From NCBI GenBank assembly GCA_022605425.2, contig JAKIMF020000013.1, positions 124,001-188,000 on the forward strand: 64,000 nt of DNA. The letters run 5' to 3'. This stretch comes from Hamiltosporidium tvaerminnensis FI-OER-3-3. Its lineage: Eukaryota; Fungi; Microsporidia. Shown piece by piece: positions 50,752-63,262 of this stretch. Position numbers and translations under genes: made by a program. Each line of letters begins with the position of its first letter. The stretch's first letter is position 1. The notes below the pieces were generated by a model. That model made no database searches. It saw only the letters and a program-made list of their open reading frames with translations, and had not been told where the DNA came from.

Positions 50752-51262
50752 TGGAGGGTAGATAACCACATAAAAACCATCTCCTTGACAATGAATAGGG
50801 TAAATTTATGTATGAAATCATTGTTTAAGTTTTTGATGGGAATAAAAACGCACTAGATTTTCAGTAATTTCATGGGACTTTATATGAGTCGGACTAGGTC
50901 TACGAAATGGCGAAACTTTTTCTACAAATCTATTTTTTAGTTCTTTATACAACTAGATCGAGTTGAACTTATAGGTAATTACCATGTAAAAGCATGGTAA
51001 CCTAGCTTTGCTCTTTCGAATTAGAAGACCTGGCACCTGGGAGATATAAAAATAAAATTTTTTAAAAAGCCTGGAATGCTAGATTGGAGAACATATCTGT
51101 TAGTATGGCATTGCACTGTCAAGGTAAGCTCATATAAGACACCGATATGTATCTTAGTTAAAATTATATTTGGTTCAGATTTGTATAGTGAGTGAGAACG
51201 TTTTATAGTGTTGGGGTAGGCTTTGGCCCATCATCACAGTCCATGCAACAGACATTAAAGAA
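50752..51262 (+). repeat. Diverged, 3'-truncated copy of the SINE-like family
   Basis: tggagggtagataaccacataaaaa...ccatgtaaaagcatgg...cctgggagatataaaaataaaa...ccatgcaacagacattaa. Confidence 0.88.
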
Positions 51263-51269
51263 TAAAAGA

Positions 51270-51685
51270 CAACTTGACAACATATTTGATGAAATATATA
51301 CTTCTTTTTGGGTGAAAAGCTTTTGTATATTGGAATCCAAGTGATTTCTATGGTGTTTCGGAAAGCAATTATCTATATTACACCTGAAATGTGTTAAATT
51401 TATGAAAAGATCTGACACCTACATTTTTTTAAAAAGATATAATATTTTACAACGAATATTCATTTATTCATCCTCGGTACTACAATTCTGCACAGCTTTA
51501 GTCTCCCTTAGTAATACCATTCACCGGTATCTTTCCAGTGGGCTTGTTTACTTTTTTAGGTTTCGTAACAAAATGGTTTTAAAAGAATTGTTAGTTCATC
51601 GCTCCTCCCTAACCAGGAGGACCGATTCCTTTTAGTCGCCTCTTACAACAAGCAGAGAATACTCAGGACAGTTCTGCTCCCGGCA
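51270..51685 (-). mobile_element. Relic 5' UTR of an RTE-like non-LTR retrotransposon
   Basis: Minus strand ctgcttgttgtaagaggcgactaaaagg...ggttagggaggagc...ctaacaa...tgttacgaaacc resembles RTE 5'-UTR motifs (from recall, not searched). Downstream limit approximate. Confidence 0.5.
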
Positions 51686-51940
51686 TGGTTACAACGAATA
51701 TAGCCATTTTATTCTTAAAAAAACATGTTTTAGAGTTATACTAAGACGAAGCAAATCCTAAAATTATTTTCAGACCGTTTATGGCGCGTTGGTTATCAAA
51801 AATTTGTATTCCTATATGATAACAGGAATAAAAAATTGGGTAACAAGAAGAAAAACAATTCAATAATCACATTTGAAAGAATAAATAATATATGACTTAC
51901 TACACCACGAAACATAATTTATTTAAAACATCGGGGATTT

Positions 51941-52540
51941 TCATTTTTCATTTTTTAGAATTTTTAAAAAATCATCAAATTCTTTCTTTCCCATATCTAT
52001 AGGGAGTAATCCTGTCGCTTTTGCCAAGTCTTTCGAGCTAACTGATTTCATAATGTCAATTTCAACATGGTTTTTAGAGGCTAAAAATTGTAGAATAAAA
52101 TATAAAAAATTTCCATATAAGAAAACTGATTCATCGTTATATCTAAGACCGCATACATAATCACATTTAACTTCCTTCATACGTAAAAGAGCTTTTCCAT
52201 TTGAACGGCACTCTTCTGGAAAAATTACTTTGACCAATTTGCTACTTTTCCTATTAATGTCATCATTATAATATAAAAAATCTACATTTTTAAAAATTTT
52301 CTTCAAAATAATTTTGTCTAGGAATGATACATTGTTACAAACAACATTGCATTTTTCTCCTTTCCATTCACTTTTCTTTTTGATTTTTATAAAATAGTCG
52401 ATAAAAAATGGTAGGAACAAAAGCAAAGGAATTTTTAGTACTGCAATTATGTAGTCAAAAAATCGTAAAGATTTTCTTTTTGGATTAAGAAACGGATTTA
52501 TTCCCGTAAATGGATCTCTAAAGTTGGAATATCTCTCCAT
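51941..52540 (-). CDS. LOA1: LOA1/Vps66-like lysophospholipid acyltransferase
   Basis: N-terminal MERYSNFRDPFTGINPFL, a TM segment, CNNVSFLD, and IFPEECRSNGKALL. Confidence 0.7.
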   Translation of the reverse strand: MERYSNFRDPFTGINPFLNPKRKSLRFFDYIIAVLKIPLLLFLPFFIDYFIKIKKKSEWKGEKCNVVCNNVSFLDKIILKKIFKNVDFLYYNDDINRKSSKLVKVIFPEECRSNGKALLRMKEVKCDYVCGLRYNDESVFLYGNFLYFILQFLASKNHVEIDIMKSVSSKDLAKATGLLPIDMGKKEFDDFLKILKNEK

Positions 52541-55253
52541 TGGGGATAGTATTAGATAGAAAATATCAGAAAAAAATTATATTACTTTAAAAGATATTTT
52601 TTATGTGTCTGATATATACTAAATGTCATTAGAAAATACAAATAAAAAGAAATATAAGTAACTTTAAATTTAATTTTGATTCGATTGTTTTAATAGAAGA
52701 TTAAAATCGAAATATAATTAGCTCGCAACACAAATTATGTGGTAAAATTTATGATAAAACAATTAAAATGAAATTATTTCTATTACTTTTCAATTAAATC
52801 GAAATTTTTTATGTTCAAAACATTTGTTAGCTTTTAAATATTTATACTATAAATAATATGAAATCAATTTATTTTAGATATTTTTTTTGAATCAATATAT
52901 ATATTTCGAGTTTAATATTATTTTGATTTTAATAAAAATATTATAAATATTTTCTGTTTCGATTCGAAGAATTATTTACTTTCATCATAGTCTTTCCGCA
53001 TCGATTCTATTTCGGTATGGAATTTGGATTTTATATTGTAGTTTTATATGGTTTATATTAGTTAGATGTAAAAAGATAACTTTTGCCTAGGTATTTAAAA
53101 ATAGTTATCATAGCTTTGCTTTTCCTTAACAATTAAATTTATCATGATTTCATATATGAAATGTCTGTTTTAAATATATTGGTTTTAAAATTTAATATTT
53201 TAAGCTATAAAGCTATCTCATTCTTTATAATTTGTTTTTGCTTTAATACTTGCTAATAATTATAAATCCAAACATAAAATCAATACATGAGTTTAGTCAT
53301 AATATTAATATGATTATTTTTAGAAAATTAACAAATTCTTTGTTTAAACACTTTTTTTTCGGTTCCTGTACTATTAACATCATCTAAAGGTTATTTTTTG
53401 CATACGAAAATGAAAATGCAATGATTTTGAATTAATTTTGAAAAATATAAAATTGCAGTAGTTTTAGGATGAATAGTGCTATTGTTTCCTGACTGTTAAG
53501 CTCCAGACTTAAAATATTTGTAAATATTTGAATATGCAAAGTACATTTTAGAACTGATTGGATTTTAAAAAATTTATATTCATAGACAGATATAAAAATG
53601 CGCATCTATTTTTTTAACAATCAGTGATATCAAGATTTCGTACCTACTTTAAATGAACACGTCAAAAAATAAGAGTTTGTTAAAGAAACAAACATCAAAT
53701 CAATTTAACAAATGTTCTAGACTCAAATTAAAATTATTCTATCGGTTCTAATATAGAAAAGAGTAAGTAAAAAAACTAGTTAAATAAGAAGAAGTGCTGC
53801 TAGAATATATTAGATAAAAACAAATGAAAAAATCAGCAATATATAATTGACAGCCTAAAAATTACTTCTTTGGTTCTTATATATTTGTATTTACTCTTTG
53901 TTTTTAAATTTTTTTCGAAATATTTCGTTATTTTAATTATTTTTTTTATTACGGTTATTTCATGAGCTTCACCCTAAAAACCCGCAGATATTTAAAAAAA
54001 TGTAGTTTAATTTTCTTGATATATATGAGAATCATGTCAATTTCAAATATTTCTCAGATAGTTAAATACTTCAATTTAACTTCAAAAAACAGTTGTAATT
54101 TTTTTTCCGATATTAGACCAATAAAAAAATTCTAATTCTATTTTTTTAAAAATAAATTTATTATGAATTGTAAACGTTTTAATGGTAAATTTCACATTTC
54201 TAATCTAAACTTGTTAGTCATCTAGATGATTTTTAGACCGAAAATTAAATAAAGTAAAAATATTCAAACACCTTTCCCTCTTTTAATTTGAGTCAAGTTT
54301 TTTTTTGATTATGACTTTATCTCTAAAAGATAAATACTGCGAAAAGCAATTAATTTTTCGTTAATTACAATTTTTTTGAAAAATCTTAGAAATTCAATTA
54401 ACCTCTATCTTAAATTTTCTATATTTATAGATATTATCGTTTATTGTTATAAATGCGAGTTTTACTGACTCAATCAATTTTTGATACAGATTAGAAAGAA
54501 TATATATATGCTCCATACTGCGCATTCGAATATTAATCTGAACTAACTATTTGGTATTATTATGAATAGAAAAATACTTCTACGAGATTCTTTACTCGTA
54601 ATTATGAAGCAATGAGTGGATGTTCCACCCTAGATGTCTAAATAATGCAATATTCTCGATTTTTCTGTTAGAATATATAATGAATTGATATAATAGAAAA
54701 ATCGTTATTATACAAACCATCCTTTTATTTGCGTTTGCGTAATTTTTTTTCTAGCATTTTTTTAGTGTTTGATTTACACATTAAATCTGCTTATATATTT
54801 TATTATTGGCTTGGTATTTTATATAGCTTGAAAATTAGGCTATTCAATGATATTAAGAAGTATATTCTTAAATATTGGCGTTATTAGAGTGTTTTGCTCT
54901 CATGAACACTAATAATATCAAACAGAAATCGTAAAGAATGTTTAACTAACTATAAGTTTTTTTCGATAATTTAAAAATCCGATGATATTTATGTAGCTGA
55001 CATTTCCACTAAGAATCTAGTACTGTTGATCGTTTTGCTTGATATAATTTTTAAGATCCATACAATACTATATACGGCACGTTTTTAAATACTTGCTCGA
55101 TAATTTCTATTATTTCTGATTTTAAACCTACTTTATTTGGTAATCTAGTTACTATATATTCATTAATATTCGAAGTGAAAATTCAGAGAAAGAAGAAATG
55201 AAAAACAAAGAGATAAATATATAAAGAAATTTATACATTTCTATTTTGTTCAG

Positions 55254-55359
55254 CTAATACAAATGAAGAGTTGAGTTGGAGGAAGAGATAGAAGTGGTTG
55301 AAATAGTGGAAGAATTATTTAAAAGAGAAAAATTTGTTAACCTAGAATTTTATTAAATA
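55254..55359 (+). mobile_element. ~105-bp extreme 3' fragment of the LINE
   Basis: Matches the reverse complement of 19946-20058 (gagttggaggaagagatagaagtggttgaaat...ttaacctagaattttattaaata). Confidence 0.85.
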
Positions 55360-56140
55360 TATATTAAGTATAGTGCGGGTATTTGAAGCTTAAACTACCT
55401 TTTCCTCTGTAAATGTTAAAAAAATACAAAACTGCAAAAAAAAGAAATGAAAGAAAGAAATATATTTTATTTGATTTAAGTTTATATATACATATATTAA
55501 TGCATTTTATATAAATCCGTTATGTATATGGTGGGTTAGCTAAGTTGTAATTGAAAGATGAATGCAGAGAGATATTTGGATTAGCTGAAAATAGACAGAA
55601 TATTAGAACATTGCAATAAGAATATCTGTAAAAAATAAAGAGTGTTAAACAATTTAACTTTTTGTAAGACATAAAGAGATCAATGTACATGGAACGTATT
55701 TTGGACCGTGATTCTAAACAAATTTTATTTACGTTTTGAAAAATTAAATAAAAACAATATTCTTCCTCATTACTTTTTCCCAATTGAGTTACTTTTTTTA
55801 ATCAAATTAAAATCCTATTAAAATGATTTACAACATTCCATATCTTAAAATAGAAATTTGATTTATTACCACTTTTTTAGATTTTAATATATCTAGATTC
55901 GAAATATTTTTTTTCGGTTCAGATTTAAAATAAAAAATTTTTAAAAAAAATAATCTATAATTGGAAAATCTGCAAAATAAAATAAAATATAACTATCTAT
56001 ATCCATTTAAATATATTTAATCAAATAAAAATAGTAAATGTAATGACATTTTTTTTTTAAAAAATATTAATTTATCCAAAAACGGAAACAAAAAAAAGTA
56101 GAAAAAAGAATTTTATTGATATATTTTATAATTATAATCC

Positions 56141-59100
56141 ATGGGTTTTAAATTCATGACTAAAAGAGAAACCTACAATCTAATACAATCAATAATAGAT
56201 AAATGTCTAAAAAACAAGGCTTCAAATAATTCTTTTGATTCGAATAACGATCCATTCTTACTCTCTAAAATGAATAAAACAAGTATTACTTATTGGTTTC
56301 GTCTTCTAAACTATTTTACAGTGCAAATAAAAAATTTTAAGTCCGAATTTTTTGTAGATAAGATACAAGTAAGGGAATTTAGTGAAAGTATTAGACCAAA
56401 AATCATTTTCGTATTAAAAATGTTAGTATATATATTAAGAAATACGTTTAATCATGAGCTTTATGTTATAGACCCAAATATATCAATTTATCTTTATTCT
56501 AACGATTTAGACGTAGCGTATCATTCTTATCTATATTATAGCGAATATATTGTGCATGAAATCGCTTTAATGAATCATGATTCATATAACAACATTTTGG
56601 ATATTGACTTCTCGTTGTATGAAACAAAAAGGTACATATTCGATGAATCATTTAAGGATGGTGATTCTGATGTTAGATATGAATTTATTGACCAAGAATT
56701 TAACGAGATTATGGCTGAAATTCATAAAATAATGGAGGATATGAAATCAAAAGGAAAAGTCTTAAATTTTTATAAAATCAAAGAAGAAATAGAAGTATTT
56801 TCCATCAAACATGCAGATATTTTAAGATTTGAATGTTACAAAACAAACCAGATGGAAATATTACTAGCTATTGAAATATTGGCGAATTCTATTAACCACA
56901 AAATATTTAAAAAAACGAACTTTGACTCTTTTATTTTATCTATAAAGTACTTTTTTAAACGTGAAAATTTATATTTGAGTGAAAGTATGATAATTTATCA
57001 ATCTTGTGCTTTGGGTATTTTTAGTACGGAAGAAAATTTTGCACCCGAAAATAAATACGTAAAATTTTTGCTCAGTACTAATATAGACGACAGATTGCTT
57101 GAAAGCGAATCCTTGAACGAATGTTATGCTCATAGCAAAAAATTTCTGAAAATATTTTTACTTTTTTTTAATAGGCATTTGAAGTTTGAATTGGAATATT
57201 TATTTTCTCGTGACATCGATTTTAAAAAGATTAGCTTTTCAGATATGAGCATATTTTTGCCGTTTATTTTAAACAATTCTACTGTATTTGAATTATATTT
57301 ATTAAGTATTGATTTCGAACAGCTTTGTAGCTTGGTTACTAGCTTCCATGAAGTTTTGACTTTTACATGTGAAAATTTTGATCAAACTTTAAGTTTATTG
57401 CGATCTATTAATATATATGAAGAAACTGTTTTATATTGGGTTAAGTTCTTCAGAAAAACTCAATTTTATATTTCTTCTGAAAATAACTTCAGTATTTTCT
57501 TTATCTTAAAAGATACAGAATGTATTCAAAATATTTTTATTGGAATTATCGAAAATAACGTTCTTCCTGAGCATTTACGCGATAAAATTTTTGCATATGT
57601 TTTTACTAATTTAGAAGAAGAAGCAAAATTAAATTTAACAAATTCAATGAAATACTTAAAGAATATGTACGATCATTTCATATCAGATAATTTAGTTGTA
57701 TCGATAGTCACGATAAAAAACATGTTATCATTTTGCGATTTAATTGTAAGAAAGCAACTCGTAACACAGTTTCCATTTATTTTAGAGCATATCGCAAAAT
57801 TTTACGCCACTCATATCGAGCTTTCATTAATATTATATAATTTTTATAGCTATCATGAATATTTAAAATCACACATTTCGAGCATTGTAAACTCATTTGA
57901 ATCTATAAATTTTGATTTAAAGCCTTTTGAAAAATATGTCATTAATAAAGATACACAACAAATAGAAGTATTCAAAAATTTTAATTTCATTAAAAGAATA
58001 CAAAGCTGGGATAAATTCTCCATAAAACTTTATGAATATTTAAGACGACATGGGAAAAATTTCTGCATAGAGTTTATGATTTATCATGATTTTTTCTTAA
58101 AAAATTTACTGGAATTAATCGATCATATATTAACATTTAAAAATATCACTATTGCTTATTTCAATATAAATCAATTATCATTTTTTTTAAAAAGAGATAA
58201 CGATTTGTTCTTGAGTAAAAATATTTTATTAATCTGGAATATTTCAATTAAAATATGTGAGAAACTTGAATTGGATTTTCTTGATTTTTTTTTCACTCAA
58301 TTCATAGATCTCTTTGACAAGAATGCAATCAAATCTTCGAAAAATGAAAATTTAAAGTTTTCATGGAATGATGAGTATGATAGTTTTTGTTTTTTATATA
58401 CTGTTTGTGTTTCATTTCAATTTCTACATGATAGTATTATTTATGATTTAAAATATGCTAAGATTGGAACGAATAATTACAAATTGATACAGTTAATTGA
58501 AAAAGGTTATTTTTGCGTGTATAAAAGAGAAAATTATCTTATTTTGCAAGAAGAATCAAATATTATTTCAAAAGAAATAATCGATAGAAAGATTAAAAAT
58601 ATACGTGAATCAGGTGGTGAAATAGAAAATATTCTTGGTAAAACATCTTATTTATACATTCTTATAGCTATATCTAAGATACCACTTAATCTTGTTTATC
58701 CTCCCTCCATAACCAACCCTTTTAAAATATTATTTTTACATTTAATATATAATATTTTAAATATGAATATGGAATATGACGAAAATTTAATCTACGTGTT
58801 ATATTTGAATATTTTAGAATTTAAATCTGCTATAATTTTTAATGATTTAAACGAATATATACGCATATTAGATATACTGCTTATAAAAACGATTAATTTT
58901 AACTCTAAAACAAATATAGACATAAAAAATTCAATAGATATTTTTTTTGAAATTCTTTTTAATTTGATGAATAAGCTCAATAATAAAAATGGAACAGAAG
59001 CCTTAGATGGTTTCGAATTGATAATTAGTTTCATGACATCTAAATGTAAATATATTTCATGTGAAAATTTCAAGGAATTTTTTAACAAAAAAATACTAAA

Positions 59101-62100
59101 ATTGAATAAAATTGAAAATTTTCTTAAAAGAGATTATATTTTACAAAATATTTTTTCCTTGATAGAATTAATCGATAAGAATTCGAAAAATCCTCTTGTG
59201 AATGAATCTGAAATACAAGAAAATACAGTTTTGATAGATTTTCTAGAAAATTTTATCTGTAATTTAAATTGTATAGATTTTTTTATTGACGCTCAAAAGC
59301 AACATATGCCATTTTTTTTATTTATTCATAAAAGAATAAATAAATATGATAGTATTTCAGCTCAAGGATTTCATAAAGACATCCCTATATCTGATATATT
59401 CAGTTTATATATTGTCAATATAAATATCATGATTAGCCGAAGGTATAACATGACTTATAAGAAGGAAGCATTGTTTATTAAGGATATAGAAACTTGTTTT
59501 GGAAAACCAAAAGAAATGTATTTGTATCTAATAACACTTTTGAGATTTTCAGAGTATACAAGATTATTTACTAAAAAAGAGGTATATACATATTTCGACA
59601 TAAAAAAAGTCATTAGTGCTACTCAAAAACATCAAAAGAGCGTAGATAAGTTAGGTGGGGATTTATTATTACATACTTTTGCTTATCTAGACAATATTTT
59701 TGAAGATGAATTTTATTTTATTGAGAAAATAACTTATATGTTTAATTTAAAGCATGAAATACATAATGACTATTTAAATTATATCTCTACCAGATTAGAT
59801 AGTATTGGAGTCAATAAAGACTCTTTTGAAAACTACGAGTTGATGTTAAAAAGCGAATTCGATTTAAAAACTCAGATTGCATCCGAAATTTTTAAATGTA
59901 CGTTAGATGAGTGTTCTCTTTCAATAGTATTTTTACAATTTTTGAAAGAGTTGTACTTTAAATATTCTTTTTTAGTTTCTACGATTGATAAAAGTGTTAT
60001 TCACAATTTATTTAATAAATTTGGAATGTTTGAAGAACTCGACGATACAATATCTAATACAAATCAGGAATTCTGGTGTAAGAATTTTTACTTCGGCAAT
60101 TTTATTGCCATTATATTTTATAGAGGAAGTTTTGAGTTTGTGTATGAATTAATTCTTGATTTTTGTGATAATTTGAAAGCTTACAAAGATGAAAGTGAAT
60201 TTTTTTCTTATCTATCTTTGATTCATAGAATTATACTTTCGGAAATATGTTGTTGTAAATACACTTGTCATACATATATTTTCAATAATGTTGCTCATGA
60301 AGCGGAATGTGAGCATATATTTAAGGAAAGAAGAAAGGATATAGTACGTAATTTTATCAATAGAGATATTGTTTCTATATTATCTAGATTTACAGGATTT
60401 CGTAAGGAAAAAAGTAAAAATTCCAATTTGCAAAGTTATATCGTCATATTGACAGATATTTTCATTTCCTTTTGCGAAAATGAAAACATTGGATTTAACA
60501 ATAAATGCGTAATAAAAAATCCTTTCATCCTTGTTTCGTACGTACCTATGAAAATTTGTATTCCAAGAGTTCTTGAACGAATACAAAGTTTAAAAATTTA
60601 TAAACTTGAATACGAACCTACAACTAAATCTATATTTTATAATAAAGTTGTTGTTCCTGAGATAATGAAGAGTGCTTATTTAGATTTTGGTTATACGTCT
60701 GGTTTCGATATGAAATCTAAAAACATAAGTTCTTACGGTCAATATCAAATTTTTGATACGTCTCCAATATATACTAGTGATAATTTATCCTACTCAGCGA
60801 AAATATATAACCATATCTATAATTTAGAATTTAATCTTAATTTTGAAGAAAAAGTGATTTTTGTGGATAAAATTAAAAAAAGACTAGATGATATTATACA
60901 GAACAAATTTAAACTTCGGAATCAGGTTGATTGCACGAATGCGACAAATATGAATTATAATTTTCTAGATAAGGAAATATTTATTTATTTCATATGTTTT
61001 AAAAAATATTGCTATGAGGATGCAAAAGCAACGAAATTCGAAAAAGTAGATAATTTAGAAGGAAGAAATGATAATCAATGTTTAGTTTCGACAATAATTA
61101 CTGAAAGGTTGTGCTCTGATCTATTATTTTATTTTACAGTTTTTGGAAGAAGTAATTTTAAAGCAAAAAAGATATGTATAATTAAGAAAATTATCAAACT
61201 CTTTTCTAACGATTTTTCCAAAAACCAGTTGATTCTTTCAACTAGATTAAATATAGAGGATAAAAAAGAAATGTTTCAAACTGAAGATCAAGTAACCATT
61301 TTAAATAACATTAAAATGTTTTTACAAAATATAGAAAAGATGGATTTAGTACTTTTTAAATCACAGGTGTTTGATATTTTATTATTTGAATTAATTTGTG
61401 CGCCTGAAAATAAAAATTTATATTTGAATGATTTCTTTAAAAATATGATGAACATTGATACTCAATTACCAAAACATTGTTTGAAAACTTCTTCTGGTGA
61501 ACTGAAAACAAAAGAATTTCTGGAAAAATTGAGAACTTATATGGAAAAAAATTCAAGTGAAAAAAACGTATACTTTGCATGTCAAACCTTGTTGTTTTAT
61601 ATTAAAAAAATGGAAAATGATATTTTTTACGACATTTTACATTTCAACCGTGAAACAAAATATGAGGATGGGGAGCATTTCGGAACCAATTTAGATATTA
61701 CACTGAGCTTGTTTGATATTATAAACTTAAATATTCCTAGTGAATACCTTAATTATTTGATAGATTTTTATTGTAAAATATCTAGATGCGATTTATTCCA
61801 CTTCTATAGTAGAATTGTCATTTTCGATCGCTCAGTTCTTTACATACTTTTTGAAAAATATTTCAAGATTTTATTGGTTCTTAATAAATCATATTTTTAT
61901 TATAAGACCCGAATAGATGTCACTGTGAATGAGACACATAAACTTTCTAATTATGATGATTTCATTTGTTTGATGTATAATATTACATCAAATAGAATAT
62001 CAGGAGATAAAAAAGACTTTTATGACTATAATTATAAAGCTGATACCAAACAACTTAAAATTGATTTTTTAATTCGAAATATGCAAATATTCGATAATTC

Positions 62101-63262
62101 TTACAAACAAAACATAGTTTTGTTGTTTGAGCATCTGAGTATAATAACAAAAATGGCCTATCTTTACGAGAAGTTTTATATTTATCAATTTCATAGGGGT
62201 AAATTTTTATTTTTACAAGTAAATCGAGAGAACATTTTAGATAATTTTTTGAATTTGGTAAGTAGTTTTGATCTAAAAAAAACCTTAAAGGAAAATATTT
62301 GGTACGTGACTTTTGGTACAGAATTATGTGCTGGAATAGGACCAACGTTAGAATTCTTTACATTATTTGGAAAAAGTATGAATAGAAGCAGATTTTTCGA
62401 AATGTTTAAATCAACAGAAACATCTTACATGAATAAATTTGCTGAGTGTCCCGAATATATTGAAAAGGTATATTTTTATACTGGAATAATAATGGCAAAA
62501 TGTATTATTTATAATACAACGCTTGGTTTGGAATTTATTGATTCTTTTTATTTATATTTAACAAAAGATTGTTTTACTTTTGAGGATTTGAAAATATGTG
62601 ATTCGGAACTTCACAAATCGCTCAGTTTTTTTGCAACTTCTGGAAAGTCAAGTTTTCACGGTTATAATTTTACATGGGCTACAAACAATAATGGTATTTA
62701 TGAAGAATTTGAACTTGTAGAAAATGGCTGTAATATTTCACTAACGAGTGATAATCTTGAAGAATATCTACAAAAAATAACAGAGTTTAAATTATTTAAA
62801 AGAATGGAGAAATATTTAGATAAGATGAAAGAAGGATTTTGTTTTATATTAGGCGATTCTTTTAGCAATATGTTTAATTACAGAGATTTGAGTACTATGT
62901 TGCAAGGAGAACCAGATTTTCAAGTCGAAGATTTTAAACAATGTACTTCGTATGTTGGAGATTATAATAGCAACCATCCTGTTATTATTTGGTTTTGGAA
63001 TTATATGAGTAGCCTGGAAGCTATTAAAAAAAAGAAACTCTTTCTTTTTCTCACAACATTTGAGAAAATACCATTTGGTGGATTTAAATCTCAAAGGTTT
63101 TTAGAATATAAGTTTACAATCATGCCAATTGAAAATTCAAAGTCATTGCCTATCATTCATACGTGTAGTAATTTGCTTGAATTGCCGAAATATGAGAGCG
63201 AGGAGATACTTAGAAGCAAATTTGAATATTGCCTCGATTCGATTACATATGAAATATTATAA
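56141..63262 (+). CDS. HECT-type E3 ubiquitin ligase (Tom1/HUWE1-like size)
   Basis: 2373-aa intact ORF. C-terminal HECT: VNRENIL, GIGPTLEFF, VIIWFWN, LFLFLT, LPIIHTCSNLLELPKY with the catalytic Cys. Confidence 0.93.
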   Translation: MGFKFMTKRETYNLIQSIIDKCLKNKASNNSFDSNNDPFLLSKMNKTSITYWFRLLNYFTVQIKNFKSEFFVDKIQVREFSESIRPKIIFVLKMLVYILRNTFNHELYVIDPNISIYLYSNDLDVAYHSYLYYSEYIVHEIALMNHDSYNNILDIDFSLYETKRYIFDESFKDGDSDVRYEFIDQEFNEIMAEIHKIMEDMKSKGKVLNFYKIKEEIEVFSIKHADILRFECYKTNQMEILLAIEILANSINHKIFKKTNFDSFILSIKYFFKRENLYLSESMIIYQSCALGIFSTEENFAPENKYVKFLLSTNIDDRLLESESLNECYAHSKKFLKIFLLFFNRHLKFELEYLFSRDIDFKKISFSDMSIFLPFILNNSTVFELYLLSIDFEQLCSLVTSFHEVLTFTCENFDQTLSLLRSINIYEETVLYWVKFFRKTQFYISSENNFSIFFILKDTECIQNIFIGIIENNVLPEHLRDKIFAYVFTNLEEEAKLNLTNSMKYLKNMYDHFISDNLVVSIVTIKNMLSFCDLIVRKQLVTQFPFILEHIAKFYATHIELSLILYNFYSYHEYLKSHISSIVNSFESINFDLKPFEKYVINKDTQQIEVFKNFNFIKRIQSWDKFSIKLYEYLRRHGKNFCIEFMIYHDFFLKNLLELIDHILTFKNITIAYFNINQLSFFLKRDNDLFLSKNILLIWNISIKICEKLELDFLDFFFTQFIDLFDKNAIKSSKNENLKFSWNDEYDSFCFLYTVCVSFQFLHDSIIYDLKYAKIGTNNYKLIQLIEKGYFCVYKRENYLILQEESNIISKEIIDRKIKNIRESGGEIENILGKTSYLYILIAISKIPLNLVYPPSITNPFKILFLHLIYNILNMNMEYDENLIYVLYLNILEFKSAIIFNDLNEYIRILDILLIKTINFNSKTNIDIKNSIDIFFEILFNLMNKLNNKNGTEALDGFELIISFMTSKCKYISCENFKEFFNKKILKLNKIENFLKRDYILQNIFSLIELIDKNSKNPLVNESEIQENTVLIDFLENFICNLNCIDFFIDAQKQHMPFFLFIHKRINKYDSISAQGFHKDIPISDIFSLYIVNINIMISRRYNMTYKKEALFIKDIETCFGKPKEMYLYLITLLRFSEYTRLFTKKEVYTYFDIKKVISATQKHQKSVDKLGGDLLLHTFAYLDNIFEDEFYFIEKITYMFNLKHEIHNDYLNYISTRLDSIGVNKDSFENYELMLKSEFDLKTQIASEIFKCTLDECSLSIVFLQFLKELYFKYSFLVSTIDKSVIHNLFNKFGMFEELDDTISNTNQEFWCKNFYFGNFIAIIFYRGSFEFVYELILDFCDNLKAYKDESEFFSYLSLIHRIILSEICCCKYTCHTYIFNNVAHEAECEHIFKERRKDIVRNFINRDIVSILSRFTGFRKEKSKNSNLQSYIVILTDIFISFCENENIGFNNKCVIKNPFILVSYVPMKICIPRVLERIQSLKIYKLEYEPTTKSIFYNKVVVPEIMKSAYLDFGYTSGFDMKSKNISSYGQYQIFDTSPIYTSDNLSYSAKIYNHIYNLEFNLNFEEKVIFVDKIKKRLDDIIQNKFKLRNQVDCTNATNMNYNFLDKEIFIYFICFKKYCYEDAKATKFEKVDNLEGRNDNQCLVSTIITERLCSDLLFYFTVFGRSNFKAKKICIIKKIIKLFSNDFSKNQLILSTRLNIEDKKEMFQTEDQVTILNNIKMFLQNIEKMDLVLFKSQVFDILLFELICAPENKNLYLNDFFKNMMNIDTQLPKHCLKTSSGELKTKEFLEKLRTYMEKNSSEKNVYFACQTLLFYIKKMENDIFYDILHFNRETKYEDGEHFGTNLDITLSLFDIINLNIPSEYLNYLIDFYCKISRCDLFHFYSRIVIFDRSVLYILFEKYFKILLVLNKSYFYYKTRIDVTVNETHKLSNYDDFICLMYNITSNRISGDKKDFYDYNYKADTKQLKIDFLIRNMQIFDNSYKQNIVLLFEHLSIITKMAYLYEKFYIYQFHRGKFLFLQVNRENILDNFLNLVSSFDLKKTLKENIWYVTFGTELCAGIGPTLEFFTLFGKSMNRSRFFEMFKSTETSYMNKFAECPEYIEKVYFYTGIIMAKCIIYNTTLGLEFIDSFYLYLTKDCFTFEDLKICDSELHKSLSFFATSGKSSFHGYNFTWATNNNGIYEEFELVENGCNISLTSDNLEEYLQKITEFKLFKRMEKYLDKMKEGFCFILGDSFSNMFNYRDLSTMLQGEPDFQVEDFKQCTSYVGDYNSNHPVIIWFWNYMSSLEAIKKKKLFLFLTTFEKIPFGGFKSQRFLEYKFTIMPIENSKSLPIIHTCSNLLELPKYESEEILRSKFEYCLDSITYEIL

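Noticed and set aside
52310-52345. Missing catalytic His in acyltransferase motif I (CNNVSFLD)
   Set aside because: As I recall, LOA1-family enzymes also lack the canonical His here, so it is not evidence of novelty.
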